Below, one piece after another: positions 1 to 10,382 of a stretch of DNA of 64,000 nt (position 1 is the stretch's first letter; every line of letters starts with the position of its first letter). Made by a program: the position numbers and the translations under genes. This DNA is from Alphaproteobacteria bacterium (GTDB lineage Bacteria; Pseudomonadota; Alphaproteobacteria; Bin95): contig CBDBGH010000003.1 of NCBI GenBank assembly GCA_965205265.1, positions 3,200,001 to 3,264,000 of the forward strand. Reading direction: 5' to 3'. The notes beneath the pieces are model-generated. The model did no database searches. It was not told where the DNA came from and saw nothing but the letters and a program-made list of their open reading frames with translations.

Positions 1-25
1 ATGCCGGGATCAGATGTCAATGTTT

Positions 26-1468
26 TCAGATAGTTGAAGAGGGGGTGCAGAATGACTCCATCGTCGCAATACCGCGCAGACAGCGCTCGGCGGCATTGTT
101 CGAGAGGCAGATGCGCCCGTCGTCGAGGAAGCGGGCGAAGCGGTCCCATCGTCTGAGCATGTAGTCCATGGCCTTGGCGACGGGGGCATGGCGGGAGAGC
201 CTGGCGCGTTCGGTCTTCATCCAGGTCTTGAGATCGGCGACGAGCGGCGCGCTCAGCTCCTGGCGGACGGCATGGCGCCGCGCGACGGTCTTGCCGTTGA
301 TGTCGCGCTTGATGTCGAACAGCAGGTCGATCCGCTTCACGGCTTCCATCGCCAGCGGCGAGATCGGCGGCGCGTTCCTGCGCCCCTTGCCGGCGGCAAT
401 GTCGGCGCGTTCGAAGAATTTGCGTCGACCATGCGCCCAACAGGGAACTTCGGTGACAGGCCCGGGCAGCCGCGTGGCCGCGTAGAGGCGGTTGTAGCCG
501 GCGAAACTGTCGGCCTGGAGGATGCCGGCGAAGCTCTCCAGGTGCTCGACCGGATGATCGCCGGACCGGTTCCGCGAGTAGCGGAACAGGGCCGCCGGCG
601 GGTCCGGACCGCCGAACGGCCGGTCGTCGCGGACATAGACCCAGGCCCGGCCCTTGTCGGTCTTGCCCCTGGCCAGCACCGGCACCGGCGTGTCGTCGCC
701 ATGCAGGCGTTCGGCCGCCATGACATGCGATGCGATCAGGTCGTGCAGCGGCCTCAGCGCCACCGTGCAGGCGCCGACCTGGTCGGCCAGGGTCGACAGG
801 CTGAGGTCGACGCCTTCGCGCGCGAAGCGGTCGCGCTGGCGGTTCAGCGGCTGGTGCTGCCCATACTTCTCGAAGACGATCGTCGCGAGCAGGTTGGGGC
901 CCGCCCAGCCGCGCGGCGTCGGGTGGAACGGCGCCGGCGGCTGGCTGATCTTCTCGCAATCGCGGCATGTGAACTTCTCGCGCACCGTCTGGATCACCTT
1001 CCACTGGCGCGGAATGACCTCCAGCGTCTCGGTGACGTCCTCGCCGATCTTGGAGAGCTTCTGCGAGCCGCAGCATGCGCAGGCGTCCGGCGGCGTCACC
1101 ACCACGCGCTCGCGCGGCAGATGCGCGGGGAACGGCTTGCGCCCGAACCGGCGGCGGCGGGTGAAGCCCTTGACCCGGGTCGCGCCGGCCGCCGCCTGTT
1201 CGGCCGCCAACTCGTCCTCGGTCGCGCTCGCCTCGAGCTCGTCTAGCTGGAGTTCCATCTGGTCGAGAAGCCGCTGCTTGCGCTCCGAACGCTGGCCGAA
1301 AAGCGCGCGGCGGAGCTTCTCGATCATCAGCTTCAGGGCGGCGATCTGCGCTTCGGCGTCGGATACCTGCGCCGCCGCGTTCGCGGCCCGCGCCTCGGCC
1401 TCGCTGGCCTTGGCTTCCGACGCCGCCAGCGCCGCCTTCAGCGCGTCGATCTCCGATCCGTCCGGCAT
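26..1468 (-). pseudogene. tnpC: IS66 family transposase TnpC, 3'-truncated
   Basis: N-terminal coiled coil, CxCCG zinc ribbon, LHGDDTPV, CWAHGRRKF and NNAAER motifs. Homology stops at ...LRGIA (~nt 63), where the usual GRKxWLF tail is replaced by unrelated sequence. Confidence 0.9.
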
Positions 1469-1539
1469 GAACGGAAGCGAATCACAACAGCCGCTGCGCC
1501 GCCATGCCAATCCTGTCCGGTGAGTCCATTTGCCGCCCG

Positions 1540-1887
1540 TCAGCCGGCCCGCGACGGACGCCAGGTCCGCACCGGGTTGCGCCAGTCGATCCCCTCAAGC
1601 AGGTAGCCGAGCTGCGCCGCGCTGATCGACACCGCCTCGCCCGAAGCCGAAGGCCAGGGGAACCGGCCGCGCTCCAGGCGCTTGGCGTAGAGCGACGTGC
1701 CGATCCCGTCGGTCCAGAGAATCTTCACGAGGTCGCCCTTGCGTCCGCGGAATATGAAGAGATCGCCCGCATGCGGGTCCCGCCCGAGACCCTGCTGGAC
1801 CTGCAGCGCCAGCGTGTTCATCCCGCGCCGCATGTCCGTCACGCCGGTCGCCAGCCACACCCGCGCTCCGCTCGGAACCGGGATCAT
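1540..1887 (-). CDS. tnpB: IS66 accessory protein TnpB
   Basis: VWLATGVTDMRRG...LFIFRGR...KRLERGRF signature; lies between tnpA and tnpC. Confidence 0.93.
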   Translation of the reverse strand: MIPVPSGARVWLATGVTDMRRGMNTLALQVQQGLGRDPHAGDLFIFRGRKGDLVKILWTDGIGTSLYAKRLERGRFPWPSASGEAVSISAAQLGYLLEGIDWRNPVRTWRPSRAG

Positions 1888-2327
1888 CGCCGCTCCAGAA
1901 CCCCGAGAACCCGCGACAGAGCCGCCGCGTCCACATCCCGGTCGACCGTCACACGCGAGCCGTCCGCCAGGGCAATCTCCATACGCCCGGAGGAAGACGC
2001 CTCGATAGCCGGCGGCGCCGGCAGCAGCTTCGCCGGGTCCGCCCCCTCCATCGAAGAGACGACTACCGGGACGAAGCCGCCCGCCATACGCGCCAGCTCC
2101 CGATACTGGCGGCGCCAGCTGAAGACCAGGTTCGCGTTCACGTCATGACGCCGCGCCACCACCGAAACCGAAATCCCCGGCTGGTAGCTCTCCGTCACGA
2201 CCTGCCGCTTGCGCGCCTCGCTCCAGCGACGGCGGCGGCGGCGAACCCGAACCTCGCCCCCGGCCCCCGAATGCTCCGCGTCGTCCGACATACGCATAGT
2301 GTCCACTTGTCCTTGATGGACACCCAA
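1884..2327 (-). CDS. tnpA: IS66 accessory protein TnpA (HTH)
   Basis: RRRWSEARKRQVV...SVVARRHDVNANLVFSWRRQY HTH; overlaps the tnpB start. Start codon uncertain. Confidence 0.88.
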   Translation of the reverse strand: MGVHQGQVDTMRMSDDAEHSGAGGEVRVRRRRRRWSEARKRQVVTESYQPGISVSVVARRHDVNANLVFSWRRQYRELARMAGGFVPVVVSSMEGADPAKLLPAPPAIEASSSGRMEIALADGSRVTVDRDVDAAALSRVLGVLERR

Positions 2328-2401
2328 GCGCGCCCATCCCCGAGCGCGAACCCTCGCCGATCCACGACAAAGCCGACAGGCGGTCTACGACGTAGGCTTA
2401 C

Positions 2402-3557
2402 GGTAACGCGCCCGGCGCGGGTTCGTTCGACGGCGCCGAGCCACTGGAACTTCTCGCGGTTTCTGGGGCGTGTTGTGCAGCTTGAGGACGAGCAGGGGCT
2501 GGTGTCCGCCATGATCGAGAGCCTGCGGGCGGCGCTGTTCGCCGCGTTGCCGGACTTCGGGCGTCACCTCGGCTACGACGGCAAGGCGCTCGCGAGCCAC
2601 TCGACGGGCCGGGTCGGCAAGGACAAGGGCAAGACCTCGGACCCCGACGCCGACTGGGGCAAGCACGAGACGGGCGGGGTGGACGCCAGGACCGGCGCGG
2701 TGTGGAAGAAGGTGAAGTCGTGGTTCGGCTACGGGCTGCACCTGATCGCCGACACCGATTACGAGGTTCCGGTGGCCTTCGAGGTGACGCGCGCTTCGGC
2801 CTCGGAACCCAGGGTGCTGTCCGGGATGCTGGAGGAGCTGTTCGCAAGGGCGCCGGAGATCGCCGGGCGCTGCGCCGACTTCAGCGCCGACCGCGGTCTC
2901 GACGATGCCCGCCTGAAGGCGCGGCTGTGGGACCGGTGGACCGCCCGCCCGCAGATCGATACACGGCTGATGTGGCGGGTGGAGAAGCAGGAGCCGAGAT
3001 ACGATCCGGCGCAGCCGATCACGCGGCCGCTGTTCCCCGACCGCGCCGATGTCATCGTTCACGACGAGCGCGGCCGGGTGTCCTGCGTCTGTCCCGGGAC
3101 CGGCGAGGTCCGCGCCATGGCGTTTCAGGGGTTCGAGGCTGATCGAGGCCGCTGCGGCACGCTCAAATACCGCTGCCCGGCAGCCGCCTTCGGCTTCGCC
3201 TGCGCCGGCAGCCGGGCCTGCCACCGGGCCGGCGGGGTCAAGCCCGGAGACCATGGCCGCATCCTGCGCATCGACCTCGACAGCCACGACCGGCGCATCT
3301 TCACCCCCACGCCTTGGGGCAGTCCGTCATGGCGGCGCGGCTATAACCGCCGCTCGGCCATGGAGCGGATCAACAGCCGCCTCGACAACAGCTTCAACTT
3401 CGAGACCCACTACATCCGAGGCCGCGCCAGGATGAAGACCCGCCTCGCCCTCGCCCTGGCGGTGATGATGGCGATGGCTCTCGCCCAGGCCCGCGCCGGC
3501 CGCCCCGAGCGCATGCGTTCCCTGGTCGGCGCCGTGCCGTATCTCGACACCGGATGA
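2402..3557 (+). pseudogene. DDE transposase (IS5/IS1182-like), 5' part cut off by IS66
   Basis: YDG..SDPDADWG..WFGYGLHL..SADRG..YNRRSAMERINSRL DDE motifs. Upstream of 2402 the frame runs into IS66 sequence. Confidence 0.8.
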
Positions 3558-3793
3558 CCGCTCATCCGCCTCCCGACAATCCTGCCCGACCCCGCCGCCC
3601 GACGGCAGAGGGGAAGACACGCCCGCACGCCAGACAATCTTCCGGTAATCGTACTTGTCAGGCCCCGGAAGCCCGTATCCTGCCCGGTGGGGAAGCGGGC
3701 CGGACGATATTCGACCGCCAAAATCGAACCGGCGACAGCCAAAAATCACCACAGCGCACATTTCTCGGTGGGTGCACGTCGCATTTGTGAGAT

Positions 3794-5176
3794 TCATGGT
3801 ATTGCGCCGGCTCGTCGTTCCCAGAAGTCGTCGAAGCGATTGCTCTCGACGGCGCAGCGCAGGGCGATGATGGCGTTGGCGCCGTTGACGGTCCAGCGCA
3901 TGCCTCCCTGCTTGAGGCGGGCGCCGACGATGTTCTTGCAGCCGCCCTCGACCACGCCGCTGGCCACGCACAAGCCCATCGCGCGGAACTTCGGGTAGTT
4001 CATGCGCTCGCGGTTGTTGGTGAAATACTCGGCGTTCTTGCGGGCGTTCTCGCAAGTTTCGGCATGGCCCTTGAGGGCGGCGATCACCTCGTCGACGCGG
4101 CCCTCGTCGAGTTCCTCGCGCCGCTTCCCGGCCCATCGCTCACCGATCTCGCTGCCGGTCCCGTAGATCGCCTTGGCTGCGTCGAACAGGTGGCCCTTGG
4201 CATGGAAGATGTCGACGATCTGGATGGCGTCGGGGAAGTGCTCATCGGCGAAGTTCCAGATCCACGGCGCGCCGTCGCCGAGGATGACCCGGCGCTCGGC
4301 CGTGTCGAAGCCGCGGCGTTCGGCCTCGCGGATGACACGCCGGGCGAAGGGCGCGGGCTCGGGGTCGAACTCGCGGGTGGCGATGGATTCGATGGCGGCG
4401 TTGTAGGTGGCGGAGCCGGGGTCGCGCACCGGACGCCCCTCCCTGTCGACGGTCTCCGCCGACCACACGACGGCGAGCTTGGCCTCGCGGGTGCTGGCGG
4501 AGCCGTCGGGCTGCTTGCCCGCGCGGCCCTCGACCTCGGTCTTGCGCGCCGGCACGCCGGTGCCGTCGAGGCCGAGATAGAGGGTGGGGGCGTCGGACGG
4601 CTCGGGTTCGATCACGCGGCATTCGTCGCCTGCGATCTCTCGCCCGAGCGCCTCGGCATGGCGTTCGACCGTCTTCGGCGCGACAGCCAGGCCTGCCAGT
4701 TCGCGCAACAGGGCGCTGGAGCCCTCGAAGCTGGTACGGGCAGCAGCAACGCCGATCATGCGCAGCGCCGCCGGTGAGAGGAAAGTATCTTGCATGCCGA
4801 GGGTTCGATCACGCGGGCTGAAGCCGCGGTGGCAACGGTCGCAGTGATACCAGGCGCGCTCCAGCGTCAGAGGGCCGAGAGCGGTGGTGAAGGTCTTGGG
4901 CCGGCGGCCGGCGAAGCGCGCCTCGCCGCCGCACGCACACGACAGCCACGGTCCCCGGTTGTCGGAACGGTCGGCATTGAGCCTGTGGGCGACGGCCTGC
5001 CCCATGATCTGCAACGCAACCCGCCGCGCTTCGATCTCGATCGCCTGGAAGTCATCGACGACGCCCGCGCCGATCAGCCACTCGACCTCGGCCTCGACCT
5101 CCTCCGCGATCGCTGCGTCGAGACCCCCCTTTTTCCCGGCGCGGCCGGCTTGTCCGCGTCCAGCCTGGCATCGCAT
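3794..5176 (-). CDS. ISKra4 family transposase, probably expressed by -1 frameshift from the upstream ORF
   Basis: LDGTG, GDGAPWIW, VDIFHA and SGVVEGGCK..RLKQGGMRW motifs; slippery AAAAAGGGGGG at 5124-5134. Confidence 0.85.
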   Translation of the reverse strand: MRCQAGRGQAGRAGKKGGLDAAIAEEVEAEVEWLIGAGVVDDFQAIEIEARRVALQIMGQAVAHRLNADRSDNRGPWLSCACGGEARFAGRRPKTFTTALGPLTLERAWYHCDRCHRGFSPRDRTLGMQDTFLSPAALRMIGVAAARTSFEGSSALLRELAGLAVAPKTVERHAEALGREIAGDECRVIEPEPSDAPTLYLGLDGTGVPARKTEVEGRAGKQPDGSASTREAKLAVVWSAETVDREGRPVRDPGSATYNAAIESIATREFDPEPAPFARRVIREAERRGFDTAERRVILGDGAPWIWNFADEHFPDAIQIVDIFHAKGHLFDAAKAIYGTGSEIGERWAGKRREELDEGRVDEVIAALKGHAETCENARKNAEYFTNNRERMNYPKFRAMGLCVASGVVEGGCKNIVGARLKQGGMRWTVNGANAIIALRCAVESNRFDDFWERRAGAIP

Positions 5177-5505
5177 ATCCGGCCGCTGACCTCGACAAGC
5201 GCGCGCACCAGACCGCGAAGCCGCTGGTATTCCGCGATCTGCGCCCGCGTTCCCTCAATGGCGTCGGCGGGAACGGTGCGGCCGCGGGACTTCCCTGTCT
5301 CCCTGTCCGGCCAAGTCAACAACCAGTAGGGGCCATGCCCCTGCGCCCCCTCGACCGCGCAATGGCAGTTCGGTTTGCCGCACTTGCGGTACTGTGCCCT
5401 GAGCGAACCCTGACGGAGGTCGCCGATGCCCGCAATCTCCCGCAGCAGCTCGCCACGCTGTTCGACGAGGCCGTCGTGATCGGTCCTGGCCATGTCCGCC
5501 TCCAT
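5074..5505 (-). CDS. DUF6788-like zinc-finger ORF of ISKra4
   Basis: GSLRAQYRKCGKPNCHC...HGPYW motif; lies inside the ISKra4 inverted repeats. Confidence 0.75.
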   Translation of the reverse strand: MEADMARTDHDGLVEQRGELLREIAGIGDLRQGSLRAQYRKCGKPNCHCAVEGAQGHGPYWLLTWPDRETGKSRGRTVPADAIEGTRAQIAEYQRLRGLVRALVEVSGRICDARLDADKPAAPGKRGVSTQRSRRRSRPRSSG

Positions 5506-5599
5506 CTGTCCCCAAATATAAGAAACAGATATCGTGGCGAAACCATGGCATTTCTCAACCTCGCAAAATCAGGACGTGCACCCTTTCTCGGTTTGGAAG

Positions 5600-5628
5600 T
5601 TGACTTGCATTCGGCTTCCGGTTATACT
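5600..5628 (+). promoter_or_regulatory. Sigma70-type promoter candidate upstream of the RTX gene
   Basis: TTGACT (5600-5605), 17-bp spacer, TATACT (5623-5628). Confidence 0.55.
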
Positions 5629-6142
5629 ATGCAACAAGTCTGGACTGTTCGCTGGCCGTTGTGCGGTCGCAAACCGGTCCAGAATTGCGGAGGCCGAGGT
5701 CATGACGAATACTGCAAGCGTCATTGCGATGCGCGACCTTCGTACCCCCCCCCCCCCCCGCAAGGGAAGCACCTGCGCCTCTGTCCCTGAGCGGCGCCCA
5801 GCCGGACGCAAGCGTCCCGACGCCTTCCTGCCCGCTTCGCAGTGCCGACGGCGGGACGGTCGTGGCCGGCAAGGAGACATCGGCTGCGCGCGCCGTTTCG
5901 GAAGGCCCGCGGCGAGGAAATCGGCGGCAAGCCCGGTCCTGGCCGTCCACTCCGGCCTGGCTGTGGGTTGGCAGGTGTGCCGGGAGCGCAGGAAGCTGGC
6001 GAGACCCGCCATCTGCGAACCCGGCGGCGCCCTGCAGGAGGGCGAATTGATGCCAGCCGCCGGTCGCGCACGGCCACCATGCAGGACGCACGTTCCTGCA
6101 ACGGTCCCCAATCCTGAAAACTGACAAGGAGTCCATGACATC

Positions 6143-8440
6143 ATGAGCGCACGACAGGAATTCAAGGTCTCCGGCGAGGTCGTCGACCATTCGGGCCAGG
6201 GTGGAGACCGCAGCTACACGGTTGCGGAAGGTTACTCCGGACTGGCGAAAGTCATCGGCGGCGCCGGCAACAACTGGTTCACCGGGGGCCACAGGCCCGA
6301 CTGGTACCAGGGCGGCGCCAACCGCGACGGCGCCGACACGGCCAAGGGCGGCGCCGGCGACGACTTCCTCGCCGGCGGCAAGGGCGCGAACCTCCTCCGG
6401 GGCGAAGGGTGGGGCGACATCCTCGTCGGCAATCGCGACGATGCGTTCTTCGACCGGATGTACGGCGACAACGGCGACGACATGCTGGTCGCGGGCCGCG
6501 TGAAGGCGGCGAGCCGCACCGAAGAGGGGCCCAATGGCAACAGCGTGCGGGTCGGCCCGCAGCCCGACAACCCCGAGTGGTGGTCCCCGTCGCTGACGCG
6601 GGGCAACTTCATGACGGGCGGCGACGGCTTCGACCAGTTCGTGCTGGACCGCGAGAGCTACGTCCACATCACCGACTTCAGCCCCGACGAGGACATGATC
6701 GTCGTCTCGGGCCTGGGCGACCACACCCTGACGGAGTCCGTCCGGGTGGTGCACCACCCCGAGGGCTACTTCGGGAACACCCACTTCCGGATCGTCCTCG
6801 ACGGCAACATCGTGCTCGCGGAGATCGACGGCTACCGCTCCCTCGGGCGCTCCGCCGCCGACTTCGACCCCGATGACGCCAATCACGTCGCCCAGGCGAT
6901 CACCCGGATCTGGAGCGGGATCGAAGGCATGGACGGCGCGTTCCGGTTCGGGGGCACGGGGGCCGACGAGATGACGGGCACCGCCTTCGACGACCAGATG
7001 TGGGGCTGGGGCGGCGACGACGTCATCGACGCCGGCGCGGGCGACGACGAGGTCTGGGGTGGACACGGCAACGACACGATCCGCGGCGGCGCCGGCGAAG
7101 ACGAGATCTTCGGCGAGCACGGCAACGACACGCTCTGGGGCGGCGCCGGCCGGGACATCGTCGGCGGCGGGCAGGGCAACGACGTGCTCTACGGCGGCGG
7201 CGGCCAGGACCAACTCTCGGGCAACGGCGGCAACGACCGGCTCGATGGCGGCAAGGGCCGCGACTGGCTCCACGGCGGCGACGGTCGTGACATCTTCGTC
7301 ATCGACCCGAGCGGCGCGACGCCCGACGTCATCGTCGACTTCAACGTCGCCGAGGACTACGTGCGCCTTCCTCTCGGTCTCGCCCAGGCCGACGTGCAGT
7401 TCGAGCAGGTGGAGGGGGGGTTCACGAGAGATCGGGGCGACCGCTTCGGCTTCGACAATCCGGTGGCGGCGTACAGGCTCGTCACCGGAGAAGGGGACAG
7501 CAAGAAGACGCTCGCCATCTTCCTCAGCAAGGACGGACAGGACTTCTCGAACGTGGAGTTCATCTGGGACTTCGACCCGAACAAGGAGTATCCGCCGCCG
7601 CCCACGGGCAAGACCATCGACGGGACGGCAAAGAAGGACTTGCTGCTCGGCACCCGGGGTGACGACACCCTCAACGGCAAGGCCGGCAAGGACGACCTCT
7701 ACGGACGTGATGGCGACGACACGCTCAACGGCGATGAAGGCCATGACCGCCTCTACGGCGAGAACGGCAATGACACGCTCAACGGCGGCGACGGCAACGA
7801 CATCCTGGAGGGCGGCAAGGGCGACGACGAGCTCTACGGCAATGACGGCGATGACGTTCTCAGGGGCGGTTCCGGCAACGACACTCTCGAAGGCAACGAG
7901 GGGGACGACCGCCTCTTCGGCGGAGCCGGCAACGACACCATGTCCGGCGGCGACGGCAATGACCGGCTCTATGGCGGCAGCGGCGCCGACACGCTCGACG
8001 GGGATGACGGCGCCGACCGGCTCGAGGGCGGCGAGGGCAACGACATCCTCTCCGGCGGCAGGCACGACGACCGGCTCATCGGCGACGGCGGCAACGACCG
8101 GCTGGAAGGCGGCAAGGACGCCGACTACCTCACCGGAGGCGAGGGAGCCGACGAGTTCCTGTTCAGGAAGGGCGACGGCGTCGACGTCATCACCGACTTC
8201 GAGGACGGGACCGACACCATCGTGTTCCTCGCCGAGAAGGAGAAAAAGCTGGGGTCGAAGTTCATCGGGTTCGGTGACCTGGTCATCGAGGAAACCGACT
8301 ACGGCGTTCGCATCACGTCGAAGAAGTTCGCCGAAGGGCAGGAGATCCTCCTGCAGGGCGTGACCGCCGACCAGATCGACGAGGACGACTTCAACTTCGT
8401 CACCATTCAGGAGTACGAGGACCTGCTCATCAACGCCTGA
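6143..8440 (+). CDS. RTX / hemolysin-type calcium-binding repeat protein (T1SS substrate)
   Basis: Many GGxGxDxLx nonapeptides in several blocks, D-x-I-T-D-F motifs, acidic C-terminus, no signal peptide; AAGGAG RBS. Confidence 0.92.
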   Translation: MSARQEFKVSGEVVDHSGQGGDRSYTVAEGYSGLAKVIGGAGNNWFTGGHRPDWYQGGANRDGADTAKGGAGDDFLAGGKGANLLRGEGWGDILVGNRDDAFFDRMYGDNGDDMLVAGRVKAASRTEEGPNGNSVRVGPQPDNPEWWSPSLTRGNFMTGGDGFDQFVLDRESYVHITDFSPDEDMIVVSGLGDHTLTESVRVVHHPEGYFGNTHFRIVLDGNIVLAEIDGYRSLGRSAADFDPDDANHVAQAITRIWSGIEGMDGAFRFGGTGADEMTGTAFDDQMWGWGGDDVIDAGAGDDEVWGGHGNDTIRGGAGEDEIFGEHGNDTLWGGAGRDIVGGGQGNDVLYGGGGQDQLSGNGGNDRLDGGKGRDWLHGGDGRDIFVIDPSGATPDVIVDFNVAEDYVRLPLGLAQADVQFEQVEGGFTRDRGDRFGFDNPVAAYRLVTGEGDSKKTLAIFLSKDGQDFSNVEFIWDFDPNKEYPPPPTGKTIDGTAKKDLLLGTRGDDTLNGKAGKDDLYGRDGDDTLNGDEGHDRLYGENGNDTLNGGDGNDILEGGKGDDELYGNDGDDVLRGGSGNDTLEGNEGDDRLFGGAGNDTMSGGDGNDRLYGGSGADTLDGDDGADRLEGGEGNDILSGGRHDDRLIGDGGNDRLEGGKDADYLTGGEGADEFLFRKGDGVDVITDFEDGTDTIVFLAEKEKKLGSKFIGFGDLVIEETDYGVRITSKKFAEGQEILLQGVTADQIDEDDFNFVTIQEYEDLLINA

Positions 8441-8603
8441 GCGCGACGCAACGGCAGAAGACACGAGGCAGGCGGCCGGGCGACCGGCCGCCTTGCCGTT
8501 TCCGGCGGCGGCTTGCAGGGCCGATCCGGCAGGGTGTTGCGTCCGGGACGGGGAGACGGGGTCATGACGACGGCCACGGGCAAGGCCGGGCTGCGGGACC
8601 GCC

Positions 8604-10382
8604 TTGCTGGCTGAGTCCTCTTCCTCCGGTGATCTGCACCCGCGCGCGGTCCTGGCCCGGCATCGCGGCGCGCTGATCGTGGTCGGCGCGCTGAGCGCGG
8701 CGGTGAACCTGCTGATGCTCGCCGGGCCGCTGTTCATGCTGCAGATCTACGACCGGGTGCTGACCAGCCGCTCGGAGGCGACGCTGGTCATGTTGTTAGC
8801 CATCGTGGTCTATCTCTACGGGCTGATGGGGCTGCTGGACGGCCTGCGCGGACGCATCCTGTCGCGGGTGGGCGCGGGGTTCCAGGACGCGCTGGACGAG
8901 CGGGTGTTCGACGCCGCCCACCGCGCCGGGCGGGATCCGTCGCGGCGCGGCAACCCGGGCCAGGCGTTGCAGAACCTGGAGTCGGTGCGCGGGTTTCTGG
9001 CCTCGCCGGCGCCGGGGGCGCTGCTGGACCTGCCCTGGACGCCGTTCTTCGTGGCGGTGATCTTCATCTTCCATCCGCTGCTGGGGTGGCTGGCGGTTGC
9101 GGGCGCCACGGTGCTGGTGGCGCTGGCGCTCGTCAACCGGTGGGCGACGCGCCGACCGCGGGAAGGGGCGGCGCGCCTGTCGGCCGAAGCCGCGATCCGG
9201 GCGGAAGATGTGCGCCGCGAGGCGGAGACGGTGACCGGCCTCGGCATGACGGGACCGCTGCGGGCGCGCTGGAAGTCGGTGCGCGAGGCGGCGCTGGAGC
9301 GGTCGATGCAGGCAGCGGACGCGGGCGGCGGCTATGCGTCGGCGAGCAAGGCGTTCCGTCTTCTTTTGCAGTCGGCGATGCTGGCGCTCGGGGCGTGGCT
9401 GGTGCTGGGGGGCGAACTGACGGCAGGGGCTATGATCGCGGCGTCGATCCTGCTGGGCCGGGCGTTGCAGCCGCTGGAGCAGACGGTCGCGCAGTCGGCG
9501 GCGATCCAGCGGGCGCGGTCGGGCTGGCTGGCGGTGTCGCGGCTGCTGGCGGAGATTCCTCCGGAGGTCCTGCCGATGGCGCTACCGCGTCCGGCGGCGC
9601 ATCTTCGGGTGCGCGACCTGACGGTGCTGTCGCCGGATCGCCGGGAGGTTCTGCTGCGGGGCGTGACGTTCGATGTTGCGCCGGGCGAGGCGGTTGCGGT
9701 GGTCGGTCCGAGCGGGGCCGGCAAGTCGACGCTGGCGAAGGCGCTGGCCGGGCTGTGGCTGGCGGCGCAGGGCGACATTCGCCTGGGCGGGGCGGAGCTG
9801 CCGGCCTGGGGCGAGGCGCTGTGGCGGGAGCATCTGGGCTACCTGCCGCAGGAGGTGGCGCTGCTGACGGGCAGCGTGGCGGAGAACATCGCCCGCTTTG
9901 ACGCGCAGGCGGACGAGGAGGCGGTGGTACGGGCGGCGACGGCTGCGGGTGCGCACGAGATGATCCTGTCGCTGCCGGCCGCCTACGACACGATGCTGGC
10001 GGGCGGCGGCGGGGTGTCGGGCGGGCAGCGCCAGCGCATCGGCCTGGCGCGGGCGCTCTACGGCGACCCGGCGCTGCTGGTTCTGGACGAGCCGGATGCG
10101 AGCCTCGACGATGCCGGGGTGGCGGCGCTGAACCGGGCGGTCGCGGGGGCGAAGGCGGCGGGCCGGGCGGTGGTGCTGATGGCGCACCGGCGGGCGATGC
10201 TGGCCGAATGCGCGCGGATCGCGGTGCTGGAGGGCGGGCGGCTGAAGATGTTCGGACCGGCCGGGGAGGTGCTGGCGCGGCTGCCGGGACCGCGCCCGCG
10301 GCTGACAACGGTGCGCCGGGACGGGGAACGCCGGGCGGCAGCGGACGCCGCCGGCCGTCAAGAGGCGGACGGCGATGGCTGA
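8604..10382 (+). CDS. prtD: Type I secretion ABC permease/ATPase (PrtD/AprD family)
   Basis: FMLQIYDRVLTSRS N-terminus, Walker A GPSGAGKST, signature SGGQRQR, Walker B LVLDEP. Start approximate. Confidence 0.92.
   Translation: MLAESSSSGDLHPRAVLARHRGALIVVGALSAAVNLLMLAGPLFMLQIYDRVLTSRSEATLVMLLAIVVYLYGLMGLLDGLRGRILSRVGAGFQDALDERVFDAAHRAGRDPSRRGNPGQALQNLESVRGFLASPAPGALLDLPWTPFFVAVIFIFHPLLGWLAVAGATVLVALALVNRWATRRPREGAARLSAEAAIRAEDVRREAETVTGLGMTGPLRARWKSVREAALERSMQAADAGGGYASASKAFRLLLQSAMLALGAWLVLGGELTAGAMIAASILLGRALQPLEQTVAQSAAIQRARSGWLAVSRLLAEIPPEVLPMALPRPAAHLRVRDLTVLSPDRREVLLRGVTFDVAPGEAVAVVGPSGAGKSTLAKALAGLWLAAQGDIRLGGAELPAWGEALWREHLGYLPQEVALLTGSVAENIARFDAQADEEAVVRAATAAGAHEMILSLPAAYDTMLAGGGGVSGGQRQRIGLARALYGDPALLVLDEPDASLDDAGVAALNRAVAGAKAAGRAVVLMAHRRAMLAECARIAVLEGGRLKMFGPAGEVLARLPGPRPRLTTVRRDGERRAAADAAGRQEADGDG

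Larger units (their letters stand above)
62..2401 (-). mobile_element. IS66 element, far end lost
   Basis: tnpA-tnpB-tnpC order. The terminus reads GTAAGCC... on the minus strand from 2401, the typical IS66 GTAA end. Confidence 0.85.
3770..5583 (-). mobile_element. ISKra4-family element, complete
   Basis: Terminal inverted repeats GGGTGCACGTC (3770-3780) and GACGTGCACCC (5573-5583), flanked by the 9-bp direct repeat TTTCTCGGT (3761-3769, 5584-5592). Confidence 0.9.

Noticed and set aside
5985-6012. GGAAGCTGGCGAGACCCGCC resembling a cobalamin riboswitch B12 box
   Set aside because: The conserved 5' core elements could not be found; a covariance-model search would be needed.
5627-8737. Long antisense or alternative-frame ORFs (also 9430-11859, 20763-24404, 57099-59621, 58916-61900)
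   Set aside because: Shadow frames of real genes in high-GC DNA; 20763-24404 is real only for its ubiE portion.
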